Shown here: positions 30,484 to 40,208 of the stretch, piece by piece
How the letters are laid out: each line of letters starts with the position of its first letter
How positions within the stretch are numbered: the first letter of the stretch is position 1
Assembly: GCA_001777665.1 (NCBI GenBank)
Contig: MFEQ01000005.1
Coordinates: 13,673 to 77,672 of the forward strand
DNA: 64,000 bases
Reading direction: 5' to 3'
Source: Candidatus Doudnabacteria bacterium RIFCSPHIGHO2_02_FULL_42_25
Lineage (GTDB): Bacteria; Patescibacteriota; Doudnabacteria; UBA920; O2-02-FULL-48-8
Position numbers and translations under genes: made by a program
Notes under the pieces: generated by a model
Databases searched by the model: none
What the model saw: only the letters and a program-made list of their open reading frames with translations
What the model was told of the DNA's origin: nothing

Positions 30484-32229
30484 TTAGTGTTTCACTCCAC
30501 CCCATTCGACGACAGTAAATCCATTTCTCGTTGGTGTTTTAATTTCAAGACCTATTACATGTTTAGGTTTCTCTAGTGGCTCAAAGTCCATTAAAATTCG
30601 AATGATCGTGTCTGGCTGAGGATTTACTTCGAGAGGAGCCAATGCATCTAGTGCTTCGTTGTCCATGAAGGTTACAAAGTAATATGGCGCATCCTTCATG
30701 TATGGTTCCCAGTACTCAATAAAATCAAATGACTCTTGTTTATTTAATCCCAGTTGTGTTAATTTTTCAACTAAGAATTGGTGAACATTATTTCGTTCAA
30801 CTATAAATCCTTTTTCTGGAGTCTGATATAATCCACCTCGTCCTTCCCAGAACAGATATGGGTATTCTTTGCCGTCCACAACAATTTTTCCGTCTGGATA
30901 GGCCGTGACTTCCCATCCATTGCCGTATTCAGGATCAGTGTAAGTAAAGCCGCCCTTTGGATCAACCTTTACAGACACTTGGGTCTTCGCAGTCGGATAT
31001 AGATATATTGCTGGTTTCGCACATTCTGCTTGAGGTTGAAAAGCCGCGTTTTCAAACTTAATTAGGCGATCAAATGGGTCTACCCAAAAGAAGACCGGAT
31101 GTCGCTTTACAAATTCAGAATAAGGCAACTTCACACCATCAAAAGGATTATATTTCATTTCATACAGATCTTTGAGAATACTATGGTTCGTATTTTTGAA
31201 TGTGTACACAACCTCACCCGAGCCTGTTAATCCCGCAATCATTAGATCTTGTCCAATATTCACTTTGTCAGGCCATACTACTGAAGCGAAGTTTCTGAAA
31301 CCGCATCCACCAATATCAGTATAAACATAGGCTTCCTTATTTTTTTCACCACCCTCCCATGTCACATCAGCCACGCCGTCTTTATCAAGAAAGTTAGGTT
31401 CTAAAATGTATAGTTTAGTACTCCAATCAGGTGATTTAACATAGAATGCATTATTACTATAAACTGCTTTGTCTGTTTCAGACGCCGCTACAAAAACAGT
31501 TCCAACTTGAGGATCAGAAAATGCAACTTTTAAACCATCTGCATTAAACGGAATATAGCTACCCATAAAGAATCCGGGTTCAGCAGCCGTTAAGACTTGC
31601 GACGGCTTAGGTCCAGTTATCTTTTCTGGAAATTCGAGATCACTTATTGTAAAGGTGTTGTCGAGCGAGTATGTCGTTTCATCTAGTGCCATGTCTTCGA
31701 TAAAATCAGTATACTTAGTTAAAAATACTGGTTTAATTCCTGCTTTAATGAGTATTGTGGCGTAAGAAGGCCCGCCCATACATTGACAAGGCAGAACACC
31801 TAGATTGATTGTGTAGTCTTTGTACTTTCCTTCATTGATTTTACCTAGTTCGTAAAAATCAACGTAATTATCCTGAGCTGTGTTAGGGTCTATAAAAATT
31901 TCTAAATTATTTATCTTCTTAGGAAAATGCCACGACACTAAATTACTTATCTTCGGCTGAGGGTATGTATAAATATTTGGAATATTTTCAAACAAATCTG
32001 GCGGTATATATACTTCCGACTGAGGAGGGGGTGGTGGTAAAGGAGTCGGAGTTTCTGTGATAGGTGCAGGCGGAGTTATTACAGATGTGGTATTTTGTTT
32101 GAGATAATATGCCCCTGCTGCCAATCCACCCATAACTAAAACAAAGATTCCTAAAGCCGCCCATCGATTCATAGTTAGTTTTTTGGGTTCATTAACAGGG
32201 CTTGGAGTTGGTGTAGGAGTTGTTTCCAT
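30484..32229 (-). CDS. Membrane-anchored protein with C-terminal KPxIYLYP..EWGG domain
   Basis: TM helix, Pro-rich linker, KPAIYLYP, YPYLFWEG, VEWGG. Confidence 0.75.
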   Translation of the reverse strand: METTPTPTPSPVNEPKKLTMNRWAALGIFVLVMGGLAAGAYYLKQNTTSVITPPAPITETPTPLPPPPPQSEVYIPPDLFENIPNIYTYPQPKISNLVSWHFPKKINNLEIFIDPNTAQDNYVDFYELGKINEGKYKDYTINLGVLPCQCMGGPSYATILIKAGIKPVFLTKYTDFIEDMALDETTYSLDNTFTISDLEFPEKITGPKPSQVLTAAEPGFFMGSYIPFNADGLKVAFSDPQVGTVFVAASETDKAVYSNNAFYVKSPDWSTKLYILEPNFLDKDGVADVTWEGGEKNKEAYVYTDIGGCGFRNFASVVWPDKVNIGQDLMIAGLTGSGEVVYTFKNTNHSILKDLYEMKYNPFDGVKLPYSEFVKRHPVFFWVDPFDRLIKFENAAFQPQAECAKPAIYLYPTAKTQVSVKVDPKGGFTYTDPEYGNGWEVTAYPDGKIVVDGKEYPYLFWEGRGGLYQTPEKGFIVERNNVHQFLVEKLTQLGLNKQESFDFIEYWEPYMKDAPYYFVTFMDNEALDALAPLEVNPQPDTIIRILMDFEPLEKPKHVIGLEIKTPTRNGFTVVEWGGVKH

Positions 32230-32234
32230 AAAAA

Positions 32235-33479
32235 TTATTTAATGATAACATGCCCAGTTTTAATTTGATTTTTTATGTCTTGATCGACTTTTGAACTGGT
32301 AGCAATGTTTGCTAATATTGTATCAGCTTTGACTTTCGTAAGCAATTTTACTTGATTTTTGTCAATTTCGATCGGAAATAGATACACTTCCTTCACTAGC
32401 TCTGCTCGTTTTACTAACCCTACAGCAATTGGATAATCCTGAAGGTCCAGAAACTTAATCTCTCCCGGCATCGTATTCGTAATCACATCGTTAAATTCAA
32501 AAAGTCGCTCGCTTTTTGTGAATGCATATTCGGGACTTCGTTTATCATTAAACCGATCACTATTAAAGAACTGATCTAACCCTTGATGATATAAAACGGT
32601 TGTGTTATTGTCCGGCTCTATCGCACCACTCGTAAAATAACCGTTAATATAACTTGTGGTTTCTATATAATTATAATTTCCAGTTCCCTTTGAAGTATTC
32701 GAATGATTCGTTATGACAAATTTATTATGTCCAATCAAGTTTAAGGTCTGTAAAAATAATCGCATCCCGCCTTTCGAATCGATGTCTAGTTTTTCTATTC
32801 GTTCAAAATCAAAATTCCTAATCGTCGAAATAGTTTGCAGATCATGAAAATCTGCGGCGTTACTAGGTAAATAATGTGAGAAATCAAATGAACCAATCAT
32901 TACTGCATCCCCTACAATAATTTTCGACAGCTCCGAACTCAAATTGACAAGCTGTTCTTTATTGGCATTGTCTTTGATAATCAATGGGACGACTGTCGCA
33001 TTGGGTATAGATTTTTTTATAAAACTAACAATAGAATTAATTCCATGTTCAGTTTTAAAAGGTTCTTCCACCACATTCAACAATCCAAGAGTTTCAAGCT
33101 TACTAATTAGGGAAAGGTTTGGATTAAGATCTCCATATGGAGTTTGCCAAGAGTATTTTGAAGCGATGACTCCCCCATTTCCTGCGTAAAAATGATTTGG
33201 GCTAATCAAAATGACGGTAAGTTCCTCCTCCGATCGGATCGCGTTTAATTGCTGCGCTACAAAGTTTGGAAAAAGCATATGATGATTAACAAAGATTGCT
33301 TTTGTCACCAACTTTTCTTCTGATACTCCTTTGTACGCTTGTTCGTAAAATTCTAACTTATACGGGGTTGGATGTGAACCGTTAATAGTTTCAGTCTCTT
33401 TTTCAGGCATTTGTATAACTAAAAACAAAGTTACAACACCAAGTGCTGCAATTGTAAAATTTTTAACAAATTCCTTCAT
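32235..33479 (-). CDS. MEMO1-like (AmmeMemoRadiSam protein B family) exported protein
   Basis: NHH, SPNHF, EHG, SFDFSHY. Confidence 0.82.
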   Translation of the reverse strand: MKEFVKNFTIAALGVVTLFLVIQMPEKETETINGSHPTPYKLEFYEQAYKGVSEEKLVTKAIFVNHHMLFPNFVAQQLNAIRSEEELTVILISPNHFYAGNGGVIASKYSWQTPYGDLNPNLSLISKLETLGLLNVVEEPFKTEHGINSIVSFIKKSIPNATVVPLIIKDNANKEQLVNLSSELSKIIVGDAVMIGSFDFSHYLPSNAADFHDLQTISTIRNFDFERIEKLDIDSKGGMRLFLQTLNLIGHNKFVITNHSNTSKGTGNYNYIETTSYINGYFTSGAIEPDNNTTVLYHQGLDQFFNSDRFNDKRSPEYAFTKSERLFEFNDVITNTMPGEIKFLDLQDYPIAVGLVKRAELVKEVYLFPIEIDKNQVKLLTKVKADTILANIATSSKVDQDIKNQIKTGHVIIK

Positions 33480-34264
33480 ACTTTCGCCAGTGTTAGAACC
33501 AGTTTTTTACCAAACCATAGCTTAGCAGATTTATGAAACGTCGGGTTCAGTTTCGTTACAAAAAACTTTCGTTCATTTCTTTGCGACAAATTCCTCTCAA
33601 TTTCAGGATGATTGTCTAAGTAATCTTGAAGCTTTACAGGAACAATACTTTCTTGGCTAATTATTTTTATACCTTTCAAATGTTGCGCGAATTCGTCCCT
33701 GACTATCGCATAATGAGTACAACCTAAAATTAAATTTTTAACCTTCTTTTCTCGTACTAAATCAGCGTACTCTTTTACCTTTATACTTAGTTTATCCAAA
33801 TGTCCAGATTCGATCAATGGGACTAATTCTGGTGCTGCAATTTCCGTTATTTTCAGCTTCGGATTGATATTTTTCAGTTCTTTCGTATAGGCTTTAGCGT
33901 TTACGGTGCTCGATGTGGCGAGCACGCAAACATTGCCTGCTTTTATGAGCTCAACCGTGGGTCTTATTACTCCCAATACTTTTTTATCAGGATAACTTGA
34001 TTTCAAAAACTTTTGCTGAATTTTTCTTAATGCTTGGGCAGATGAAGTATTGCAGGCAACTATCACTAAACCACAGCCTTGGTTGAATAAAAATTCAACA
34101 GCGTTGCGAGTAAGTTCATAAATCTCTTCCTGACTTTTTTCGCCGTAAGGTAAATTTTTAGTATCACCCAAGAAAACAAAGTCATATTTACTTAATTTAC
34201 TACGTAGCATACTACGTAGTAAATATAATCCTCCGAGTCCTGAATCGAAAAAGCCGATCTTCAT
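33476..34264 (-). CDS. murI: Glutamate racemase
   Basis: FDSGLGG, PYG, ACNTSS, LGCTHY. Confidence 0.98.
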   Translation of the reverse strand: MKIGFFDSGLGGLYLLRSMLRSKLSKYDFVFLGDTKNLPYGEKSQEEIYELTRNAVEFLFNQGCGLVIVACNTSSAQALRKIQQKFLKSSYPDKKVLGVIRPTVELIKAGNVCVLATSSTVNAKAYTKELKNINPKLKITEIAAPELVPLIESGHLDKLSIKVKEYADLVREKKVKNLILGCTHYAIVRDEFAQHLKGIKIISQESIVPVKLQDYLDNHPEIERNLSQRNERKFFVTKLNPTFHKSAKLWFGKKLVLTLAKV

Positions 34265-34283
34265 GTATTTTTACTTGTAATAA

Positions 34284-34607
34284 TCACTGGAGCTCATCTA
34301 TTTTCGCAGCAAGAATAAAATCATTTTCAGTAAGCCCTCCAGCTGCATGCGTCCATAATTCAATCTCGACTTTTTTGTATGATATTTCCATTTCCGGATG
34401 ATGGTCTTCAGCTTGGGCGATCAATGCGACCTGATTCGCGAAACCCATGCTTTCTACGAAATTTTTAAATTTGAATTCTTTATCAAGTTTATTGTCTACG
34501 ATTTTCCAGCCACGGTTAAGTTTGCGAAGATACTTCTTCACTTGTTGTTTAGAAAAAGGCGGAATTCCGCCCTCACATGGTACACATTTTTTATCAGCGA
34601 GTTTCAT
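34284..34607 (-). CDS. phhB: Pterin-4a-carbinolamine dehydratase
   Basis: CVPCEGG, EDHHP, WTH..GGLTENDFILAAKID. Confidence 0.93.
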   Translation of the reverse strand: MKLADKKCVPCEGGIPPFSKQQVKKYLRKLNRGWKIVDNKLDKEFKFKNFVESMGFANQVALIAQAEDHHPEMEISYKKVEIELWTHAAGGLTENDFILAAKIDELQ

Positions 34608-34870
34608 CTAATTTCAAAGTTTTTATAGCCAACCAAGCGGCTTTCTTCAAATTTCAAATCCTTAACTTTCGCAAACAAAGGCCCTCGATGGCACCAAGAT
34701 AAAAATTCTTCCAGGCTGTCTTCCTGACCCTCAACCTCGATATAGACACTCCCATCATCTTGGTTTTGGACAAACCCGGTGAGATGCAGCCCTTTCGCAT
34801 GTTCTTTTGTTGACCATCGAAAAGTCACTCCATGTACTCGCCCTCGAATTTGAATATTATAGTGTCTAAT
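34604..34870 (-). CDS. acyP: Acylphosphatase (start codon uncertain, possibly ATT)
   Basis: GRVHGVTFR, GFVQN.DGSV, WC..GP. Homology extends upstream of the GTG given in the ORF track. Confidence 0.88.
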   Translation of the reverse strand: MRHYNIQIRGRVHGVTFRWSTKEHAKGLHLTGFVQNQDDGSVYIEVEGQEDSLEEFLSWCHRGPLFAKVKDLKFEESRLVGYKNFEIR

Positions 34871-34873
34871 CCG

Positions 34874-35305
34874 TTATCTCCAACCTCCGAGAATTAATCC
34901 GAACACTAGCAGCTGAACTAAAAAGTAAAATGTATTAATAGACCAAAGTTTCCACGACTTGGCTCCCCACAGGACATCACTCATAGTCACTGGAACGACG
35001 AACCCTAGCCATACCCAGAAACCGCTCTGTAAACCAGCACTTATACCTTCAGTCTTTAAATAAGTTCCAGCAAAGACAGTGTGATGAGACAGAACGTAAG
35101 CCATAACAAGAGCGCCGATAAATGCCAAAGCATAACTCTTCATCATGCCTTTTTTCATCTCATCTCTTTTTGCAGTATCAAGGTTGTCCCAACCAGAAAG
35201 TTTAGCCCAAATTTTTCCAAACAAAGGACCGTACCAAATCGAACCGATGATCATGCTTGCAACCCCGCAAGCAAGAATTGCCCAATAATTCACTGGAACA
35301 TCCAT
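34874..35305 (-). CDS. DUF1761 family membrane protein
   Basis: NYWAIL, G.IWYGPLFGK.W, WLGF. Confidence 0.88.
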   Translation of the reverse strand: MDVPVNYWAILACGVASMIIGSIWYGPLFGKIWAKLSGWDNLDTAKRDEMKKGMMKSYALAFIGALVMAYVLSHHTVFAGTYLKTEGISAGLQSGFWVWLGFVVPVTMSDVLWGAKSWKLWSINTFYFLVQLLVFGLILGGWR

Positions 35306-35386
35306 GTGATTTAAATTAATTATCTAAACAAAGCATAAAACGGAAGCAATTTTCCGTCAATTGGTATTAATATTTGATGTCAAAAC

Positions 35387-35426
35387 TTGTCGCAAAAATA
35401 CTGTAATTACATCATTTTTGCGACAA
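35387..35426. repeat. 40-bp palindromic dispersed repeat, copy B
   Basis: TTGTCGCAAAAA..GTAATTAC..TTTTTGCGACAA. Confidence 0.85.
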
Positions 35427-35428
35427 AC

Positions 35429-35995
35429 TTATTCGACACGTTCAAAAGTGAAGTATCTCAAATTCTTCACAGGGATTTTATATACCTCTTCAATAACTTC
35501 TGAAGCAGTCCCAAATACTCCTTTCGAATAATCAAAACTTAAATCTTTTGCGGCAACTTTAATACTCTCTTCGGAAGGTCCCTCGATCTCGACATAGGTT
35601 GGTACCTTAGGCCAGGTATCGATATCCACCACCACGTCATTGAATTTAAATTTATGTCGGTATTTCTCGTTTTCACGATCCATAACTAACCCTAACTCCT
35701 CTAAAAATGCTTTTAATTTTGCCGGCTCCTCAATCTTAAACTCGATCTCAAGTACACCAGTTGCTGTTCTTTGTTGCGAATGCTTATATGCAAAAAAGTA
35801 ACCATTTTTTGTTTTTCTGATTCTCCCAAATTTTGTATCTTTCGGCCACTCCCCTTTCGCATCATGAAAAATCTGCTCGGTAATCAGCTCCTCGCCCAAA
35901 TCCACGGCATGTAGAGCGTTGAGCTTTTCAATCAGAGCGTTTTTATCGACTTCTAGAAACTTAACTTCGATTTCCCGATTTTCAAGGGTTGTCAT
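35429..35995 (-). CDS. CYTH-domain protein (class IV adenylate cyclase-like)
   Basis: EIEVK, RIR, EKYR, DIDTWP, YVEIEG. Confidence 0.88.
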   Translation of the reverse strand: MTTLENREIEVKFLEVDKNALIEKLNALHAVDLGEELITEQIFHDAKGEWPKDTKFGRIRKTKNGYFFAYKHSQQRTATGVLEIEFKIEEPAKLKAFLEELGLVMDRENEKYRHKFKFNDVVVDIDTWPKVPTYVEIEGPSEESIKVAAKDLSFDYSKGVFGTASEVIEEVYKIPVKNLRYFTFERVE

Positions 35996-36131
35996 GCAGG
36001 ATTAAAGAATGAGTATTATCTTCGCAATTACATTCCTGCAGAGGTGTGCCTTTCAGGTGACACCCTTCTGTATCGCAATTCTTGGGAATATTTGAAACCC
36101 CTGCACAAGCTGGGCATACGTAGTGCTTCAA
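35982..36131 (-). CDS. Small Cys-rich putative metal-binding protein (49 aa, not in ORF track)
   Basis: TTG start; MKHYVCPACAGVSNIPKNCDTEGCHLKGTPLQECNCEDNTHSLILHDNP; overlaps the CYTH start. Confidence 0.7.
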   Translation of the reverse strand: MKHYVCPACAGVSNIPKNCDTEGCHLKGTPLQECNCEDNTHSLILHDNP

Positions 36132-36150
36132 TTGACTTTTCCTTTCAGAT

Positions 36151-36282
36151 CTCCCCACTCCTTGAGAGGAGAGAAATTCTCTCCCTCATCAACCGCCGGG
36201 GGCTGGTCGGGGGTGAGGTAGATTCTAAGACTGGCTTGTAATCTACCCCTCCCTTAGTCCCTCCCCGCTCACGGGGAGGGAA
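36151..36282. repeat. GC-rich composite REP-like palindrome, copy 1
   Basis: Core of 26 nt is 25/26 identical to 45832-45857; CCCTCCCC..GGGGAGGG hairpin. Confidence 0.75.
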
Positions 36283-36363
36283 ATTCTAATTAGTATTTAT
36301 ACTATAGCAAAAAAAATAGAGCACCGGAAAGCTGGTCCTCCTAAAAGGCGACTCGTCGTGAAG

Positions 36364-36855
36364 CTATAACTGAAGCTTGATCGCCCTCACTTTGTTCGTT
36401 TGTTCCTGGCGGAAATCAAGGAGTTTGTGTGCAAGACTGTCGTTGGAAAGCGCAAGGATAGATACAGCTAACAGAGCTGCATTATCCGCCTTTCCAATTG
36501 CAACCGTGGCAACGGGAACTCCACTTGGCATCTGCACGATCGAAAGCAGAGAATCAAGCCCATGAAGTGCTATGGTCATGATTGGAACACCAATCACAGG
36601 CAGGATTGTATGACCGGCAACCATTCCTGGCAGGTGTGCCGCTCCACCAGCTCCGGCGATAATGCATTTCAAGCCCCTGATGTGTGCCGTGTGCGCGTAC
36701 TCAGTCATAAAATCTGGTGTCCGATGCGCACTAACTACTTCGTACTCAACTGGCACATCGAACTCCATTAACTTCTGAACGGCCAACTTCATCGTCGGCC
36801 AGTCCGAATCGCTGCCCATGATCACTCCAACTTGGGGATTCTGATGGACGTCCAT
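36364..36855 (-). CDS. purE: N5-CAIR mutase
   Basis: [29 protein letters not shown]; AGGAGG SD. Confidence 0.98.
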   Translation of the reverse strand: MDVHQNPQVGVIMGSDSDWPTMKLAVQKLMEFDVPVEYEVVSAHRTPDFMTEYAHTAHIRGLKCIIAGAGGAAHLPGMVAGHTILPVIGVPIMTIALHGLDSLLSIVQMPSGVPVATVAIGKADNAALLAVSILALSNDSLAHKLLDFRQEQTNKVRAIKLQL

Positions 36856-36882
36856 GTTGTCCTCCTCATGAAAGAGCCCTAA

Positions 36883-37074
36883 CTACGATGGGCTTACTGT
36901 TGGGGGATTTGCAACGTCAGTACACTCGTAGTTACGACGATGATTTGGATTCTCACAACTCGAACCCTTCTCTTCGCAGTAACTGACAACTCTGGTAGTG
37001 TTTAGTTCGCTGTAACGACCTATCACGCAACCGCAAGAAAGCGTCCGGAAACCGAGTAACCGTGCTAAAGCCAT
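36883..37074 (-). CDS. Small Cys/His-containing hypothetical protein
   Basis: AAGGAGG SD; CGC..C..H pattern. Confidence 0.7.
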   Translation of the reverse strand: MALARLLGFRTLSCGCVIGRYSELNTTRVVSYCEEKGSSCENPNHRRNYECTDVANPPTVSPS

Positions 37075-37130
37075 ACGTGCCTCCTTGTTCGCTTATTGTA
37101 TTTTAATTTGCTTTCGATGGCAAATTAACC

Positions 37131-38828
37131 TCATGGTGCATTTAGTATGTGATCAGGGACTAACCACTGACAGCTAGTTTTGTCTTTTTTGATTCTTAAA
37201 ATATCTTGCTCTAAAGCTTGTTTATGAATATCGATAAAGGCTTGGATAACTTGATTGACTTCGTCTGCCGAAAGTTTATTTAAATCAAAGTCGATATAAG
37301 AGTACTCGCCCACTTTCGGCAAACCTTCTTGCTGATTAAACACAAAATACATCCGTTTGTATTTATGTAAAATACTTTCATACTTCACAGTATGAAAGTA
37401 AATTTCCAGGAGAGTTTTGGATTCGGCTCCGGTTAGAAACAAAATGGGATAGCGAAACCAACAGTCATTGTCAGAAACACGGACTATAACTAAATCGCTT
37501 TGGTTTAATCCCATTCTTTGAAATTGCTCGGCGGCTTGATAAAACTTTTCGTTTTCAGAATCATAATTATATGCTTGAGCTCGATATTCGTTGAATTGTT
37601 GGGTGAAACGCACAGACTCATAACCTACGGCAAGGATCGCAAGAATTAAAACTCCTACAGTCACCATTCCGACGGTAGTATGCCGGAGGAATCTCTCCTT
37701 CAAGCTCTGGAGAGCGATCTCTCCACTCCGCTTCGCTCCGGTCGAGATGGTTAAAAATAGGCCATAGACAATAAAATACCAACTCAATAAATAGCTTTGA
37801 TAAATAAAGTTCGGAACTTTGGATGTAACCAAAGATATGGCGATCAGATTCCAAAGAAACCACCCACCCGCAAGTGTTAATGTGGTTCGTCTAGTCCGGT
37901 ACCATGATACCGCAGCGACAGCAAGCCCTACAAAAAAAATCCATGTCCAGCCAAATAAGTATCTTTGCGGTAAATAGTTTGTAAAATGCCAATGCCACGG
38001 CCGTTCCCAACCTTCTAACTGATTGAAATGAGAAAAGGTTACAAGTAATCCATTTTTAAATGCCTCGGGAGATACTAGAAACAATGGTAAATAATAAACA
38101 ACAAGAGCAGCAACTAAGCTACCCCCTGCAATCAGAAGTTTCCTGTAACTTTGCTTGTCTCGACTCAATAAAATCAACAGCGTCGCGACTGGAATAGCTC
38201 CCAGTAAATTTTTTGCCATGATCGGCAGCGCTACAACTAAACTGATAACTATTAACTGATAACTGCTAACTGATTTTCTATTCTTCAAATACCAAAGAAT
38301 GGCTCCGAAACTGGCCACAACTGTGAACGCCAGGACGATATCAGAAACTCCGAAAGCGTAGCCTGTGATCAACTCATGAGTAAAAGGCGTGTTGACCCAA
38401 AGTATTGCGGAAATAGTTGCCGCTCCTGCTGCCAACAAACTTTTTTTATAGTTATAAACTACAAAAATAAACAAAAGTCCGGTGAGTAGAGTCACGAAAG
38501 CAAAAGCCAGTCTTTTGACTTCGATAGTAACTTGTCCGTCAATCTCAAAAAAAATATACGGAACATACGCAAACATCGGTGGGATATGCTGCCAGTACGG
38601 TCCTTCCATCCAATTCCCCTGTTCCTCAACGAAAGGATTGACCCTGACCATTGGTGGGAAAAATTTTCGTGTGATATTGGCGGCAACGACAGAATTCGAC
38701 GACTCATCATGCGCATGTAAGTTCTTTTCAAAAATCAATGGAAAATCAGACCGAGTATTGCGCACAAAAACAATGCTAAAAGTTAGCATTAAAATTGTCA
38801 CCGCCACTTGTTTCTGATATCTTGCCAT
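37131..38828 (-). CDS. GT-C/ArnT-like membrane glycosyltransferase
   Basis: HDE, W.H.PP motif, multiple TM helices, RPW.W. Confidence 0.75.
   Translation of the reverse strand: MARYQKQVAVTILMLTFSIVFVRNTRSDFPLIFEKNLHAHDESSNSVVAANITRKFFPPMVRVNPFVEEQGNWMEGPYWQHIPPMFAYVPYIFFEIDGQVTIEVKRLAFAFVTLLTGLLFIFVVYNYKKSLLAAGAATISAILWVNTPFTHELITGYAFGVSDIVLAFTVVASFGAILWYLKNRKSVSSYQLIVISLVVALPIMAKNLLGAIPVATLLILLSRDKQSYRKLLIAGGSLVAALVVYYLPLFLVSPEAFKNGLLVTFSHFNQLEGWERPWHWHFTNYLPQRYLFGWTWIFFVGLAVAAVSWYRTRRTTLTLAGGWFLWNLIAISLVTSKVPNFIYQSYLLSWYFIVYGLFLTISTGAKRSGEIALQSLKERFLRHTTVGMVTVGVLILAILAVGYESVRFTQQFNEYRAQAYNYDSENEKFYQAAEQFQRMGLNQSDLVIVRVSDNDCWFRYPILFLTGAESKTLLEIYFHTVKYESILHKYKRMYFVFNQQEGLPKVGEYSYIDFDLNKLSADEVNQVIQAFIDIHKQALEQDILRIKKDKTSCQWLVPDHILNAP
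37663..37751. repeat. REP-like palindromic element inserted in-frame in the GT-C gene
   Basis: ACCATTCCGAC...GTCGAGATGGT termini; relative at 50268-50379. Confidence 0.8.
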
Positions 38829-38848
38829 ACCATAATCTTACCTCAAGC

Positions 38849-38877
38849 TTGACAATTTGGCTAAAAAAGTGTACTAT
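38849..38877 (+). promoter_or_regulatory. Sigma70 promoter for a near-leaderless helicase mRNA
   Basis: TTGACA-17 bp-TACTAT, 8 nt before the ATG. Confidence 0.8.
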
Positions 38878-38885
38878 TAGTCGTT

Positions 38886-40208
38886 ATGACGCCAATGAAT
38901 ACATTCGACGGTTTGGGGATTGCACCGAAATTGCTGCAAATCCTGACAAGTCTCAAATTTACAACTCCGACACCAATTCAACTTCAATCGATTCCTGTCG
39001 CGATAGAAGGAAAGGATGTTATGGGTATCGCACAAACTGGTACTGGCAAAACCATGGCTTTTGGTATTCCCATGATTCAGCGGCTCGCCCAACTAAAAGG
39101 ACGAGGGCTTATCATTTTGCCGACACGAGAACTAGCACTCCAAGTCAATCAATCTCTGCAATTGATCGGGAAATCTCTTGGACTAAAAACAGCAGTCATG
39201 ATTGGTGGCGAACCAATTGGTCGCCAGATTCGGGCTTTGAAACAAAATCCTCATATTCTCATAGGCACACCGGGGCGAATCAACGACCATCTAGAACAAC
39301 GCACGCTAAATCTGTCGCTGGTGAAAATTTTAGTTTTGGATGAAGCGGACCGAATGCTGGACATGGGATTTGAACCTCAAATCAAAAAGATTTTGGCCCA
39401 GATACCACGCGAACGCCAAACCATGCTTTTTTCAGCCACCATGCCTGACCAGATTGTAAAAATTGCGACGACCTATATGGCTCAACCTCTAAGGATTGAA
39501 GTCGCACCGGCAGGCACCACTGCTCGCGATATTGCACAAGAAGTATTTTTCGTGAGGAAAGAAAAAAAACTGGATTTACTGGCCAAAGTTTTATCTGAAC
39601 ACAAAGGCGCGGTCTTGGTTTTTTCACGCACCAAATTTGGCGCCCGAAAAATCGCCACTTCAGTTCGCAACATGGGTCATGCTGCTTCTGAAATTCACTC
39701 CAATCGATCTCTCGGTCAGAGAAAAGAGGCTTTGGAGGGATTTAAAATCGGTAGATACCGAGTTCTTGTGGCAACTGATATCGCGGCTCGTGGAATTGAT
39801 GTTACAGGAATCGAACTTGTTCTAAATTATGATCTGCCAGAAAATCCAGAAGATTACGTTCATCGCATTGGCCGAACAGGTCGCGCAGGTTTATCCGGAA
39901 AAGCGATTTCGTTCGCCACACCAGATCAGAGATATGATGTCCGAAGTATTGAGCGACTGATCAAACTCACTTTGCCTGTCACTCATGCCCCAGAGCTCTC
40001 CACTACTCCATCCATCTCACCAGCGCCTGCGAGACATGGTTATGTAAGGCAAGTTCGGGGACAGCAACCGCATCGACGAGAAGATCGATCTCGCAGATCT
40101 CGCCCTAAATTTACAAGCCACCGAGGTAAGCCTACTGACCAAGGATTTGATGCCCATCACCGGAGATCTAACCGAATTAACTATCGCGACGATCGCGATT
40201 CTTTCTAA
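38886..40208 (+). CDS. DEAD-box RNA helicase (RhlE-like)
   Basis: Q motif, AQTGTGKT, PTRELA, DEAD, SAT, HRIGRTGR. Confidence 0.97.
   Translation: MTPMNTFDGLGIAPKLLQILTSLKFTTPTPIQLQSIPVAIEGKDVMGIAQTGTGKTMAFGIPMIQRLAQLKGRGLIILPTRELALQVNQSLQLIGKSLGLKTAVMIGGEPIGRQIRALKQNPHILIGTPGRINDHLEQRTLNLSLVKILVLDEADRMLDMGFEPQIKKILAQIPRERQTMLFSATMPDQIVKIATTYMAQPLRIEVAPAGTTARDIAQEVFFVRKEKKLDLLAKVLSEHKGAVLVFSRTKFGARKIATSVRNMGHAASEIHSNRSLGQRKEALEGFKIGRYRVLVATDIAARGIDVTGIELVLNYDLPENPEDYVHRIGRTGRAGLSGKAISFATPDQRYDVRSIERLIKLTLPVTHAPELSTTPSISPAPARHGYVRQVRGQQPHRREDRSRRSRPKFTSHRGKPTDQGFDAHHRRSNRINYRDDRDSF

Noticed and set aside
36020-36040. Extra copy of the GTAATTAC repeat
   Set aside because: It lies in the small Cys-rich ORF and lacks the arms.
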